From NCBI GenBank assembly GCA_963795855.1, contig CAWCIZ010000003.1, positions 448,001 to 512,000 of the forward strand: a stretch of DNA of 64,000 nucleotides, in the 5' to 3' direction. The notes beneath the pieces were generated by a model. The model was not told the origin of the DNA. It worked only from the letters and a program-made list of their open reading frames with translations, and searched no databases. Source of the stretch: Vulcanimicrobiota bacterium. GTDB lineage: Bacteria > Vulcanimicrobiota > Vulcanimicrobiia > Vulcanimicrobiales > Vulcanimicrobiaceae. Made by a program: the position numbers and the translations under genes. Each line of letters opens with the position of its first letter. The stretch's first letter is position 1. Below, in pieces: positions 19,944-29,430 of this stretch.

Positions 19944-20980
19944 CGGACGGGAAGCCTCAACGTGAACGTCGTGCCGCCGGCGACCTCGCTGCGCACGTCG
20001 ATCGTTCCGCCGTGCGCGCGCACGAGCGCGTGAACGATGTAGAGCCCGATGCCGCTTCCGCCGATTTTCGCCGCGCTTTGCGCTTCCGCGCGGTAAAAGC
20101 GATCGAAGATGTACGGAACGTCCGCCTCGGCGATTCCGATGCCGCGATCGCGAATGGTCACCGTGGTCTGCTCGCCGTTTGCAGACGCGGTGACGTCTAC
20201 GTCGCCGCCGCCCGGCGAATATTTGAACGCATTTTCGAGCAGGTTGCGAAAGATGTCTTGCAATCGCTCCGGATCTCCCGACACCGTAACGCCGTCGCAC
20301 CGGCGGCGGACCGGGTGCAGCACCGGATCGTGGTGCAGTTCGTGCAGCGCGCCGCCGATCAGCGCGTCGACCGAAACCGTCGTGCGACGCCGCAGCATCT
20401 GCCCCGAGTCGACGCGCGTGACGAGAAGCATGTCGTCGACGAGCCGCGAGAGCCGGTCGGCTTGCTGCTCCACAACGCCGAGAAATTCGTTGCGTTGCGA
20501 TTCGTACAGCCGCGGGTTGGCGCGAAGCGTTGCCGTGTAGGCTTTGATCGCGGCAAGCGGCGTTTTGAGTTCGTGCGAAACCGTGCTCACCAGCTCGTTT
20601 TTGAGTTGTTCGATCTCTTCGACGCGATGCTTTGGAGCAAACGCGAGAAGCCAGCCTTCGATGGCGGCGCCGCGCTTGAGCGCAACCGAACGGGCATGCA
20701 CGCTTACGGCTTCGCCGGCGGAGTCACGCAGCGCGAGGGCGTGCGTCTGCGGACCATCGGCGTTCGTGCAGATCGCGGATGCATTGCTTTCGTGCAGAAG
20801 CGACTCGACGTCGGAGCCGATTACACTTTCGGCGGAGTGGCCGAGCAGCGTTTCGGCCGCCGCAGTAAAACCGCACGATGTGACGGCGCTCATCGAGCTG
20901 GACGACGCCGTCGGCCGCAATCTGCATAACCGCGGCCAAGACCGCCTTGAGTGCGAGCAGTTCGTCGAGGAGATCGCGGT
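19940..20980 (-). CDS. Cytoplasmic PAS-domain sensor histidine kinase (frameshift near 20875; exact start uncertain)
   Basis: PAS-like AAETLLG; VSHELKTPL H-box; NLLENAFKYS; DRGIG; GSGIGL; no TM segment visible. Confidence 0.85.
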   Translation of the reverse strand, partial: TAISSTNCSHSRRSWPRLCRLRPTASSSSMSAVTSCGFTAAAETLLGHSAESVIGSDVESLLHESNASAICTNADGPQTHALALRDSAGEAVSVHARSVALKRGAAIEGWLLAFAPKHRVEEIEQLKNELVSTVSHELKTPLAAIKAYTATLRANPRLYESQRNEFLGVVEQQADRLSRLVDDMLLVTRVDSGQMLRRRTTVSVDALIGGALHELHHDPVLHPVRRRCDGVTVSGDPERLQDIFRNLLENAFKYSPGGGDVDVTASANGEQTTVTIRDRGIGIAEADVPYIFDRFYRAEAQSAAKIGGSGIGLYIVHALVRAHGGTIDVRSEVAGGTTFTLRLPVR

Positions 20981-21866
20981 TTACGTCCGCAGATAACGTC
21001 CGACTGCTATCCACGAAGCGACGACGCCCACTGCTGCTCCCACACCGAACAGCTGCAGAACGAGCGGCACCGCGTCCACATGTGCGCCGCTCGAGTTGCA
21101 GCCACGGCAGTGCGAGCGCCAGCTTCGGCACGAGCATGCCGCGCGCCACCGCGAGAACCCCGACCGCGAGCAATGCGCCGAGCACGCCGTCGATGAGGCC
21201 TTCGCAAATGAACGGCAAGCGGATGTACATGTTCGTGGCGCCGACGAGCTGCATGATCGAGATTTCGCGGCGGCGGGCGAACACCGTCAGACGGATCGTG
21301 TTGGAAATGATGATGCCGGCAACGACGATGAAGAGCGCAATCAGCGCGATGCCGACGCGGCGCGCGACACCCGCGAGCTGAAGCAGCCGCTGCACGACGT
21401 CTTGGCCGTAATCGACGCTTTGAACGTTCTGCAGTTTGCGGATCGCGGCAGCGACCGCGGGCACTTCTTCGGGTTGCCGCACGCGAACGCGGAACTTATC
21501 CGGCAGCGGATTTTCGGTGAGGATCGACGTGTCGATCTGCCCTTTCATCCGGTCGCGCAGTTCGTGCAGGCCTTCGTTCTTCGGAACGAATGCCGTGGAC
21601 AGGATGCGGTCGTCTTTCGCGAGCGCGGTGCGGACGCCGTCCATCTTGCGCGCGCGTTGCGTCGCGGCTGCATGTAGACCGAGATCGTGATTTGGCTCAT
21701 GACGTCGCTGGCCAAGTGCGCGATGCTCGTCCGCGCGTACAGAAAAACGCCCGAGCAGAACGATCGTCACGGCGACCGTGCCGATTGCCGTCGCCTGCAT
21801 TCCGGCGTTACGAGTGAAGTTGCGAAAAACTTCACCCAGAAAGAATTTGATCTTGCCCCAGTCCAA
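20981..21866 (-). CDS. ftsX: Cell division permease FtsX (several frameshifts)
   Basis: [20 protein letters not shown]...[10 protein letters not shown]...[38 protein letters not shown]; ends GRYLRT*. Confidence 0.9.
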
Positions 21867-22546
21867 GGAAGTAATACCCTCGCTCTTCGTCGGTGACGAT
21901 GCGGCCGTTCTCCAGACGAACGACGCGGCGGCGCATGCGATCGACGACCGCTTGATTGTGCGTGGCGACGACGACCGTCGTGCCTTTGAGGTTGATGCGG
22001 CCCAGCAATTCCATGATGTCGGTCGTGTTGGCCGGGTCGAGGTTGCCGGTCGGCTCGTCGCAGAGCAGCAATTTCGGATTGTTGACGAGCGCCCGCGCGA
22101 TTGCCGTGCGCTGCTGCTCGCCGCCGGAAAGTTCGTCCCGGATACATCCGGCTCTTGTGGCGAGAGCCCGACCAAATCCAGGCAACGCGGGACCTGCCGC
22201 ATCACGTCGCTTGCGTGTGCGCGCCCGTCACTTGCAGCGCGAATGCCACGTTTTCCCACACCGTTTTGTCGGTGAGAAGTTTGAAATCTTGGAATACCAC
22301 GCCCAGATGCCGGCGAAGCGTCGGAATGCGACTGCGCCGCAGCCGGTCTACGCGGATGCCGTCGACGGTGATTTCACCGCTGGACGGAACCATTTCGCGA
22401 TAGAGCAGCCGCAGGAGGCTGGATTTTCCGGTTCCGGAGTGCCCGACGAGGAAGACGAAGTCGCCTTTACCGATCTCGAGATCGATGCCGTCGAGGGCGC
22501 GCACTCCGTTCGGATACACGAGAGAGACGCCGCGTAATGAGATCAT
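21832..22546 (-). CDS. ftsE: Cell division ATP-binding protein FtsE (frameshifts near 22140-22210)
   Basis: [40 protein letters not shown]. Confidence 0.9.
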
Positions 22547-22595
22547 CGCTGCAAAAGGGTTTTTCAGAGCGCCCGTACGGATACCTCTGCCAATT

Positions 22596-23745
22596 ATGAA
22601 TTTTGACTTAACCGACGAACAGAAGGCCATCCGCGGGACCGTCCGAGAGTTCGCAGTGGAGCGCGTTGCACCGCGGGCCGAAGAAATGGACCGCGAGGAA
22701 GCGTTTCCATACGATCTCGTTACAGAGATGGCGGAACTCGGCCTGATGGGTCTGCCCTTTCCCGGAAGAATACGGCGGCGCCGGCGCCGACACGGTGAGT
22801 TACGCGCTCGCCGTGATGGAACTTGCGCGCGTCGACGCGTCCACCGCGATTACGATGGCCGCGCACGTTTCCTTGGGAGCAACCCCATTTTATCTTTTCG
22901 GCACGGAAGCGCAGAAACAGAAGTACCTCGTGCCGCTCGCTCAAGGAAAAATGCTCTGGGGCTTCGGCCTGACCGAGCCCAACGCGGGCAGCGACGCCGG
23001 CAACACGCAGACGAAGGCGCTGCTCAAAGACGGCAAGTGGGTCGTCAACGGCACGAAGGCGTTCATCACCAACAGCGGTACGGACATCACCGGCGGAACG
23101 ACGATCACCGCGGTGACGGGCAGCCGCGACGGCGGCAAAGCGGAGATCTCGAATCTGATCGTCGAGCAGAACACGCCCGGCTTTGCGCGCAGTAAGAAGT
23201 ACAGGAAGATGGGCTGGCGCGCTTCCGACACCCGCGAGCTTTCCTTTGTAGACGCGCAAGTGCCCGAAGAGAACGTGCTCGGCAAGCGCGGCGACGGCCT
23301 GAAAAATTTCCTCACTATCCTCGACGGCGGACGCATCTCCGTTGCGGCGCTCTCCGTGGGGCTTGCCCGTGGGGCGTACGACGAAGCGCTCAAATATGCG
23401 AAAGAACGATCGGCGTTCGGCCGCTCGATAAGCAAGTTCCAAGCGATTCAATTCAAACTCGTCGACATGCTCACCGAAATCGAGCACGCCGAGCTGATGG
23501 TGCTCAAGGCCGCCTGGGAGAAAGATGAAAAGCGCGAATTCGCGCAAACCGCGAGTTACGCCAAACTCTTCGCCGCCGAACTCTCGCATCGCGTCGTCAA
23601 CGAAGCGGTGCAAATTCACGGCGGCTACGGCTTCATGGACGAGTATCCGGTATCGCGCATGTACCGCGATCAGAAGATCAACGAGATCGGCGAGGGCACG
23701 AACGAAGTGCAACGCCTCGTGATTGCGCGGATGATGGGATTGTAG
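22596..23745 (+). CDS. Acyl-CoA dehydrogenase (frameshift near 22760)
   Basis: MNFDLTDEQ..., LTEPNAGSD, NGTKAFITN, RSAFG..ISKFQAIQFKL, QIHGGYG, IGEGTNEVQR. Confidence 0.92.
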
Positions 23746-24055
23746 ACTCGTTTACATTTTGTTTGCAGAGTTTGATTGTCCGCTGCGGCCCTCGCAGTTT
23801 GCACGAAAAACGTAAACGAGTGCTTGTAGTGGCGAACTGTAGCCGCCATTGGGACACATCGCCTTATAGGCGCGGGGTGCGTCCCGTTCGGCGAACTGCG
23901 ACATTTTCGGACAAAACAGGACGTTTTCTACAAAACTTCGTTCTTCTGAAAATGCGCAGTAGCGGTGAGTTTTCCATGGACGGAAAACTCACCAGCGGTC
24001 GCCGAACGGGACGCACCTCGTACCTATAAGCGCCATATCTTCCGTGTTCCGCTAC
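23742..24055 (+). repeat. Highly structured intergenic element (nested inverted repeats); candidate ncRNA or REP/REPIN-like non-autonomous element
   Basis: Stems 23746-23767/23800-23821, 23828-23834/23844-23850, 23851-23857/24044-24050, 32-bp 23863-23894/23999-24030, 23895-23911/23945-23960, perfect 12-bp 23964-23975/23982-23993. Confidence 0.75.
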
Positions 24056-24783
24056 GCTTGCACGACCGTCGCCCAGCCGGAGTATAAACCGCCGAACTCC
24101 TCCGCGAGCGTCGTAAGCGCGGTGCGCATTTCGGTGATTTTGAACGGGTCGATCGTGTCGTTCTTGCTGCATCGCACGGCGTTGACCGCATCGTCTATCG
24201 CAATGTCGTATCCGTGATCCGCCATGGCTCGAGCGAACGTATCGCGTTTTTCCGCGTCGTCGAACCGGATCGTGTGTTCGATCGGGCGCGCGCGTTCGAA
24301 GTCGTCGCCGGCGTCGAGCAGCGCTTGCAGCGCCTTCATGTCGTTTGCGAACGCCAGCTGATGTTCGTCGGGATAAAGATACGCGCTGTAGATGCTCCAC
24401 GCGGGATCCGAAGCGGAAAGCGCGCGGTAGCGGTATTCCGCGTGAAAGCCCATCACTTCCGCAACGATCTCCGAAGCGTCGTCCACCGGCGGGCCGTAAT
24501 AGTGAAAAGTGCGCATGCCGCGGCCGGTGACGCGCCCGACTTCGATGACGCCGCGCGGCCGGAACGCAGCAGCCAATTCTTCTTCGATATTTTGCAACGC
24601 GCGGTACTCGTTTTCGCCGGTCATGCCGTGTTCGTCCGGCTCGCGTAGCGCGACGGCGACAGTGTAGGCAGAGGGCTTCTCCGGCATCGGCGCTTGCGTT
24701 TTCAGCGCCAAATCCACCGCAATCGAGATCGGCGAGCCCTCCATGCGGGCGAAATAGGACGACCAGTCAGCCATGCGAGTCAT
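24052..24783 (-). CDS. DUF695 domain protein with C-terminal RraB-like domain
   Basis: VGRVTGRGMRTFHYY, DPAWSIYSAYLYP (DUF695-like); RPIEHTIRF...LAEEFGGLYSGW (RraB-like). Confidence 0.7.
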   Translation of the reverse strand: MTRMADWSSYFARMEGSPISIAVDLALKTQAPMPEKPSAYTVAVALREPDEHGMTGENEYRALQNIEEELAAAFRPRGVIEVGRVTGRGMRTFHYYGPPVDDASEIVAEVMGFHAEYRYRALSASDPAWSIYSAYLYPDEHQLAFANDMKALQALLDAGDDFERARPIEHTIRFDDAEKRDTFARAMADHGYDIAIDDAVNAVRCSKNDTIDPFKITEMRTALTTLAEEFGGLYSGWATVVQA

Positions 24784-24854
24784 GTTCCCCGAAGGAAGCA
24801 CCGGTGCTTGCGGGAAGGCTCCGGTGCCGGGAACGTGCCCCGCAGGAGCATTCC

Positions 24855-25394
24855 ATGTATCGTCGTTTTCTTGTAACCGTCGTTTTGGCGGCCGCGGCCG
24901 CGGCGCCGGCGCTCGCGAGTTTGACCGTAGGCGCGACCGCGCCGAACTTCAGCGCTCAGGCGTCGCTCGGCGGGAAAGTGTTTACGTTCAATCTCGCCGA
25001 CGCCCTCAAGCAGGGCCCCGTCGTTCTCTATTTTTACCCCGCGGCATTCACGAAGGGCTGCACGATCGAAGCGCACACGTTTGCCGACGCGATGCCGCAG
25101 TTCAAGGCGCTGCACGCAACCGTAATCGGCGTTTCGCACGACACGATCGACACGCTCAACAAATTCTCGGTGAGCGAATGCCGAAGCAAATTCGCAGTTG
25201 CCGCGGATCCTTCGTTGACTGTCGCCAAACAGTACGACGCGGTACTGCCGCAGGCGCCGACCTACGCGAATCGCACTTCTTACGTGATCGCGCCGGACGG
25301 AAAAATTCTGGCCACGCTTACGGATCTGATGCATCCGCAGCAGCACGTGCAAAGCGCGCTGGCCGCGCTCAAGCAGTACGAGAGTCGTCGGTAA
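24855..25394 (+). CDS. Exported peroxiredoxin (BCP/PrxQ family)
   Basis: Signal peptide; VVLYFYPAAFTKGCTIEA (PxxxTxxC); RTSYVIAPDG. Confidence 0.88.
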   Translation: MYRRFLVTVVLAAAAAAPALASLTVGATAPNFSAQASLGGKVFTFNLADALKQGPVVLYFYPAAFTKGCTIEAHTFADAMPQFKALHATVIGVSHDTIDTLNKFSVSECRSKFAVAADPSLTVAKQYDAVLPQAPTYANRTSYVIAPDGKILATLTDLMHPQQHVQSALAALKQYESRR

Positions 25395-26559
25395 ACAGTT
25401 TGGTTTGACGTCCGCGCGGTTTTGCCGGCTCCGCATCGAGCGCGGTGATTTCGCGTGCCGCCGTTTCGATTGCGGTCAGCTCGGGGAGTTCCGCGTCGGG
25501 CAGTGAGGCCAGCTCTTTGATCTTCCGCCCTTGCGGCAAGATGCGGCTTTCCATCGAGCCGACGGCTTTGTTGTACGCTTCGGTCGCCTTCTGCAAACTC
25601 GAACCAATCGTCGCGAAATGCGCGACGAACGCACGCATGCGGTCGTAGAGCACGCGCGCCGCCTCCGCTATTTTCTTTGCGTTCTCTTCCTGCTGGCGGT
25701 GCTGCCAGCCTAGTGCGTAGGAACGCAGCAGCGCCATGAGCGTGAGCGGGCTTGCGATGTAGACGTTTTTGCCGGCTCCATATTCGACCAAGTCCGGATT
25801 CTCGGTGCACGCGGCGCTCAGAAACGCTTCCCCGGGAACGAACATGACGACGAAATCCGCCGAGCCGTCGACCCGCTGATAGTTGCGTCTCGCGAGCAGA
25901 TCGACGTGGTTTTTGAAGGCGGCGGCGTGTCCGCGCATCTTGTCGCGGCGGCCCGATTCCTCGGGAGCTTCCACTGCGTCGAGATACGCATTGAGCGGAA
26001 CTTTCGCGTCCACGAAGATCATGGAATTTCCGGGCAGCGCGACCGTCATGTCCGGGCGCCCGCGCTCCTCGCCCACGTCGAACGTCTGCTGCTCGGTGTA
26101 ATCGCAGTAGGCTTCCATGCCTGCGAGTTCCACGACGCGGCGCAGCTGCATTTCGCCCCATTTGCCTCGCGTCGTCGGATTGCGCAGAGCGGATGCGAGC
26201 TGTGAAGCCGCCGTTTCCATCTTTCCGCTGCGCTCGATGAGGCCGGCGATTTGCTCGCGCAGCCCTTCATATGCGCCGATGCGGTCTTTCTCGATGGATT
26301 TGACGAGCGCGTCGAATTCGGAAAGTTTCTGCTGGACGGGCGCGACGACGGCGGTGAACCGTTCGTTCGCGAGCGTCAGAAACGTGTCGCGCTGATTCTC
26401 CGCGATGCGCGCGCTCGTTTCATGGAGGTCGTTCTTGAGGCGTTCCGCAAGCGTTTCCACGTTCGTACGCTGCAGCGCGCGCAGCAGCACCCACATGACG
26501 GCAGCGCCGAAAGCCAGACCGGCGAGCAAGGCCAGAAGCGTCGAAAGCGAGAGCGTCAC
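25369..26559 (-). CDS. rmuC: DNA recombination protein RmuC
   Basis: N-terminal TM, RGKWGEMQL, RPD..V.LPG...VDAKVPL, DFVVMFVPGE, SPLTLMALL. Confidence 0.92.
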   Translation of the reverse strand: MTLSLSTLLALLAGLAFGAAVMWVLLRALQRTNVETLAERLKNDLHETSARIAENQRDTFLTLANERFTAVVAPVQQKLSEFDALVKSIEKDRIGAYEGLREQIAGLIERSGKMETAASQLASALRNPTTRGKWGEMQLRRVVELAGMEAYCDYTEQQTFDVGEERGRPDMTVALPGNSMIFVDAKVPLNAYLDAVEAPEESGRRDKMRGHAAAFKNHVDLLARRNYQRVDGSADFVVMFVPGEAFLSAACTENPDLVEYGAGKNVYIASPLTLMALLRSYALGWQHRQQEENAKKIAEAARVLYDRMRAFVAHFATIGSSLQKATEAYNKAVGSMESRILPQGRKIKELASLPDAELPELTAIETAAREITALDAEPAKPRGRQTKLFTDDSRTA

Positions 26560-26758
26560 TCCAATGGTATTCGCTTCAACTCTTCAAATACTTGGCGAGA
26601 AAGGCCACCGTCCCGTTTTGCAGGCCGGACCGCGGGGTATGCGAAGCTTGCACCAGCTCGTTAAGGTATCGTCGCAGCAATCGTACGCGTCGAACCTTGG
26701 CGATTCTCGCGCGCGCGGCCGGCGCAGAACGCGCATGCAGACTATGTAGGAGGAAGTA

Positions 26759-27475
26759 ATGAATCGCGGATCCTTCATCGCCTCGTCCGCTTCGCTCGCG
26801 GCGCTCGCAACCGCGAGCGGGACTGCAGCGGCGCAATCCGTCCCGGGAGGCAGCCATTTCGTCGAACGCGCCTCGGACTTCGATATGGCCGCGTTTCACA
26901 GCCTCGTCGGAAAACCGGCCGACGTGCGCATCGTCATCGAAGCCGTGTCATGGCATGCGGCGCTGCTCAACAACGTCAAAAACCTGCTGAACGGGCTGCA
27001 ATTCGGTTACGGCGTCTCACCCGCCAGAATGGCGGTCGCGATCGCCCCGCACGGCGCGGCCAGCGCTCTGACGTACGGCGACTACGTTTGGAGCAAGTAC
27101 AAAATCGGCGACTATTTCAAGTATCAGACGGCCGCGGGCGCCCCGATTACCTCGAACGCGTTCCTGACGCCGGCGAAAGCCCTGGGTCCTTCCACCGATC
27201 CGGACGATGAAAACGGCATGTACCAGGATACGTCGATTCAAACGCTGATGAAACGCGGCGTGATTTTTCTCACCTGCCACACCGCGGTCGAAGAACAGTC
27301 GCGCGGCTTGGTGAAAGCCGGAAACGCGCCGGCTGGCATGACCCCATCGCAAGTAGCGGACGACATTTTGACGCATCTGATCCCCGGAACGCACGTAGTG
27401 CCGAGCATGGTCGCGACGATCGCCGTCCTGCAGCAGCACTTCCACTATGGCTACATGACGATCGACTTCACCTAA
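26759..27475 (+). CDS. Exported (Tat-like signal) DsrE-like protein, putative sulfur carrier or thiosulfate-metabolism protein
   Basis: SD AGGAGG; MNRGSFIAS...AAA signal; LLNNVKNLLNG...AIAPHG...RGVIFLTCH...VVPSMVATIAVLQ DsrE-like pattern; abuts tsdA. Confidence 0.6.
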   Translation: MNRGSFIASSASLAALATASGTAAAQSVPGGSHFVERASDFDMAAFHSLVGKPADVRIVIEAVSWHAALLNNVKNLLNGLQFGYGVSPARMAVAIAPHGAASALTYGDYVWSKYKIGDYFKYQTAAGAPITSNAFLTPAKALGPSTDPDDENGMYQDTSIQTLMKRGVIFLTCHTAVEEQSRGLVKAGNAPAGMTPSQVADDILTHLIPGTHVVPSMVATIAVLQQHFHYGYMTIDFT

Positions 27476-28281
27476 TGCGAACCTCGGCGCTCCTCGCTGC
27501 GGCGATCTTCTGTTTGGCGTTGGCCGCTTGCGGCGGCAACGGGTCTTCGCAGGCTCCGCCCGCGGCGCAGGCAACTTTCGATCCGCAAGCCGTGCCAAGC
27601 GATCGCGTCGGCGACCTCGTGCGCTACGGGCACGAACTCATCGTCAACACGCGCGCGCATCTCAAACCGTACGTCACCGCAAATATGGATTGCGCGGCTT
27701 GTCACGTGAACGGCGGAACGAAGGCGCGCGGCGGATCGTTCGTCGGCATCGCCGCGCAATTTCCGCAGTGGAATACGCGCGCCAAGCGCGTCATCTCGCT
27801 GCAGGACCGGCTGGCGGAGTGTTTCCTGTACAGCATGAACGGGCATCCACCGCCGTTTTACAGCCGGGAGATGGAAGCGATGGTTGCGTACGTCACCTAT
27901 CTCTCCCGCGGCGCGAAAATCGGCAGCAAACCGGACCCCGCGGTGCGGTTAGCGAAAATCACAGCACCGCGAGCCCCGAATCCCGTGCGCGGCGCGCAAC
28001 TATTCTCACAAAAGTGTTCGTCGTGTCACGGAGCGAACAGCGCCGGCTCCGCGGCGTTTCCGCCGTTATGGGGAAAGACGTCGTTCAACAACGGCGCGGG
28101 CATGCATCGCGTGACGACGATGGCGGGGTTCGTGCGGTACAACATGCCGCAAAATGCGCCGGGAACGCTCACGGATCAACAGGCGTATGACGTTTCGGCC
28201 TACGTGCTTTCGCATTCGCGTCCGAAATTCGACAAGCAGCGCGCCGTCGCGTTTCCGGCCACAAACGCGGGATACTTTTAG
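27475..28281 (+). CDS. tsdA: Diheme c-type cytochrome thiosulfate dehydrogenase TsdA-like lipoprotein
   Basis: Lipobox LAAC; CAACH and CSSCH heme motifs; RLAECFLYSMNG with active-site Cys; PPLWG..SFNNGAGM; NMP. Confidence 0.82.
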   Translation: MRTSALLAAAIFCLALAACGGNGSSQAPPAAQATFDPQAVPSDRVGDLVRYGHELIVNTRAHLKPYVTANMDCAACHVNGGTKARGGSFVGIAAQFPQWNTRAKRVISLQDRLAECFLYSMNGHPPPFYSREMEAMVAYVTYLSRGAKIGSKPDPAVRLAKITAPRAPNPVRGAQLFSQKCSSCHGANSAGSAAFPPLWGKTSFNNGAGMHRVTTMAGFVRYNMPQNAPGTLTDQQAYDVSAYVLSHSRPKFDKQRAVAFPATNAGYF

Positions 28282-28284
28282 CGC

Positions 28285-29257
28285 ATGCTTCCCGGGCTGG
28301 TCTTGTGCGCCGCGTTAGCCGCGGCGGCTTTCGCGTTGGGCCGCGCAGTTCCGATGGTCGGCGGTCCGGTGTTCGGCATCGTCATCGGCGTCATCATCGC
28401 CGCTCTTCGTAAACCGCCGCCGGTGGTTGCGCAAGGCATAGCGTTTTCCGCAAAACAGCTGCTTCAACTCTCCATCGTGCTGCTGGGCTTCAATCTCCAA
28501 CTGCGGGAGGTGGTCGGCGCCGGTTTGCGCTCGCTGCCCGTCATGCTCGGAACGCTCGTCATCGTCCTGTGCATCGCGTACTTCGCCGGAAAACTGCTCG
28601 GACTGGATCGCGATCTTCGGCGGCTGCTTGGGATCGGAACGGCGATATGCGGCGGTTCTGCGATTGCCGCCCTCGCAAGCGTGATCGACGTGAACGAAGC
28701 GGATGTGGCGTATGCGATCTCCGCGGTTTTTTTGTTCAACGTCGCCGCGGTCCTCACGTTTCCCGCAATTGGGCATCTGCTCAGCCTCTCGCAGCACGCG
28801 TTCGGCTTGTGGGCCGGCACGGCGATCAACGACACGTCCTCGGTCGTTGCCGCCGGCTTCGTTTACGGCCACGCGGCCGGAACCCAAGCCGTCATCGTCA
28901 AGTTGACGCGGACAACGCTCATCGTGCCGATCGTGCTCTTCTATGCGGGCAAACGTTTGTGGGATTCGCGCGGCGCTGCGGGAGTCGACTGGATGAAAAT
29001 CGTGCCGTGGTTCATTCTGTGGTTCGTCGCAGCCGCGGTCCTGAACACGATAGGAGTCGTGCCCCCGGCGCTGCACGCGGCGTTCGCCGGGCGTCGCGCT
29101 GTTTCTCATCGTGATGGCGCTTACCGGCGTGGGGTTATCAGCCGATCCAAAAGCGATTCGCGCCGCCGGTGTACGGCCGCTCGTTCTCGGAGGCATTTTA
29201 TGGGCGTGCATCGCCGCGAGCAGTTTGGCGATCGCGCACCTCACGCATGCGACGTGA
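28285..29257 (+). CDS. YeiH/putative sulfate exporter (PSE) family transporter (frameshift near 29090)
   Basis: LGIGTAICGGSAIAA, GLWAGTAINDTSSVVAAG, IVKLTRT, VPWFILWF. Confidence 0.88.
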
Positions 29258-29262
29258 ATGCG

Positions 29263-29400
29263 CTACGCGTAGGTGTCGACGTTGCGTCCTATGCCGCGAG
29301 CGTTGAAATACCGCACGACCGCAGTAACGCGCACGGTGCGCAGCGGACGGGTCCGCTTCGCGGGCGGCGCGAACTTCGGTTTGAGGGCCAGCGGGAACAT
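29263..29400 (-). CDS. Possible 45-aa basic small protein
   Basis: ATG-TAG ORF MFPLALKPKFAPPAKRTRPLRTVRVTAVVRYFNARGIGRNVDTYA fills the gap exactly; TATAAC about 10 nt upstream. Confidence 0.3.
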   Translation of the reverse strand: MFPLALKPKFAPPAKRTRPLRTVRVTAVVRYFNARGIGRNVDTYA

Positions 29401-29430
29401 GGTCCGCGCGTTATACCCTGAATTCGCGCG

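Noticed and set aside
23763..24029. 88-aa ORF across the structured element
   Set aside because: No SD or recognisable motif and atypical composition; the inverted repeats explain the region better.
23851..24050. Retron msr-msd, 6S RNA, tmRNA or RNase P identity for the structured element
   Set aside because: No reverse transcriptase in the window, no 6S-like central bubble, and no tmRNA or RNase P conserved motifs seen; left unassigned.
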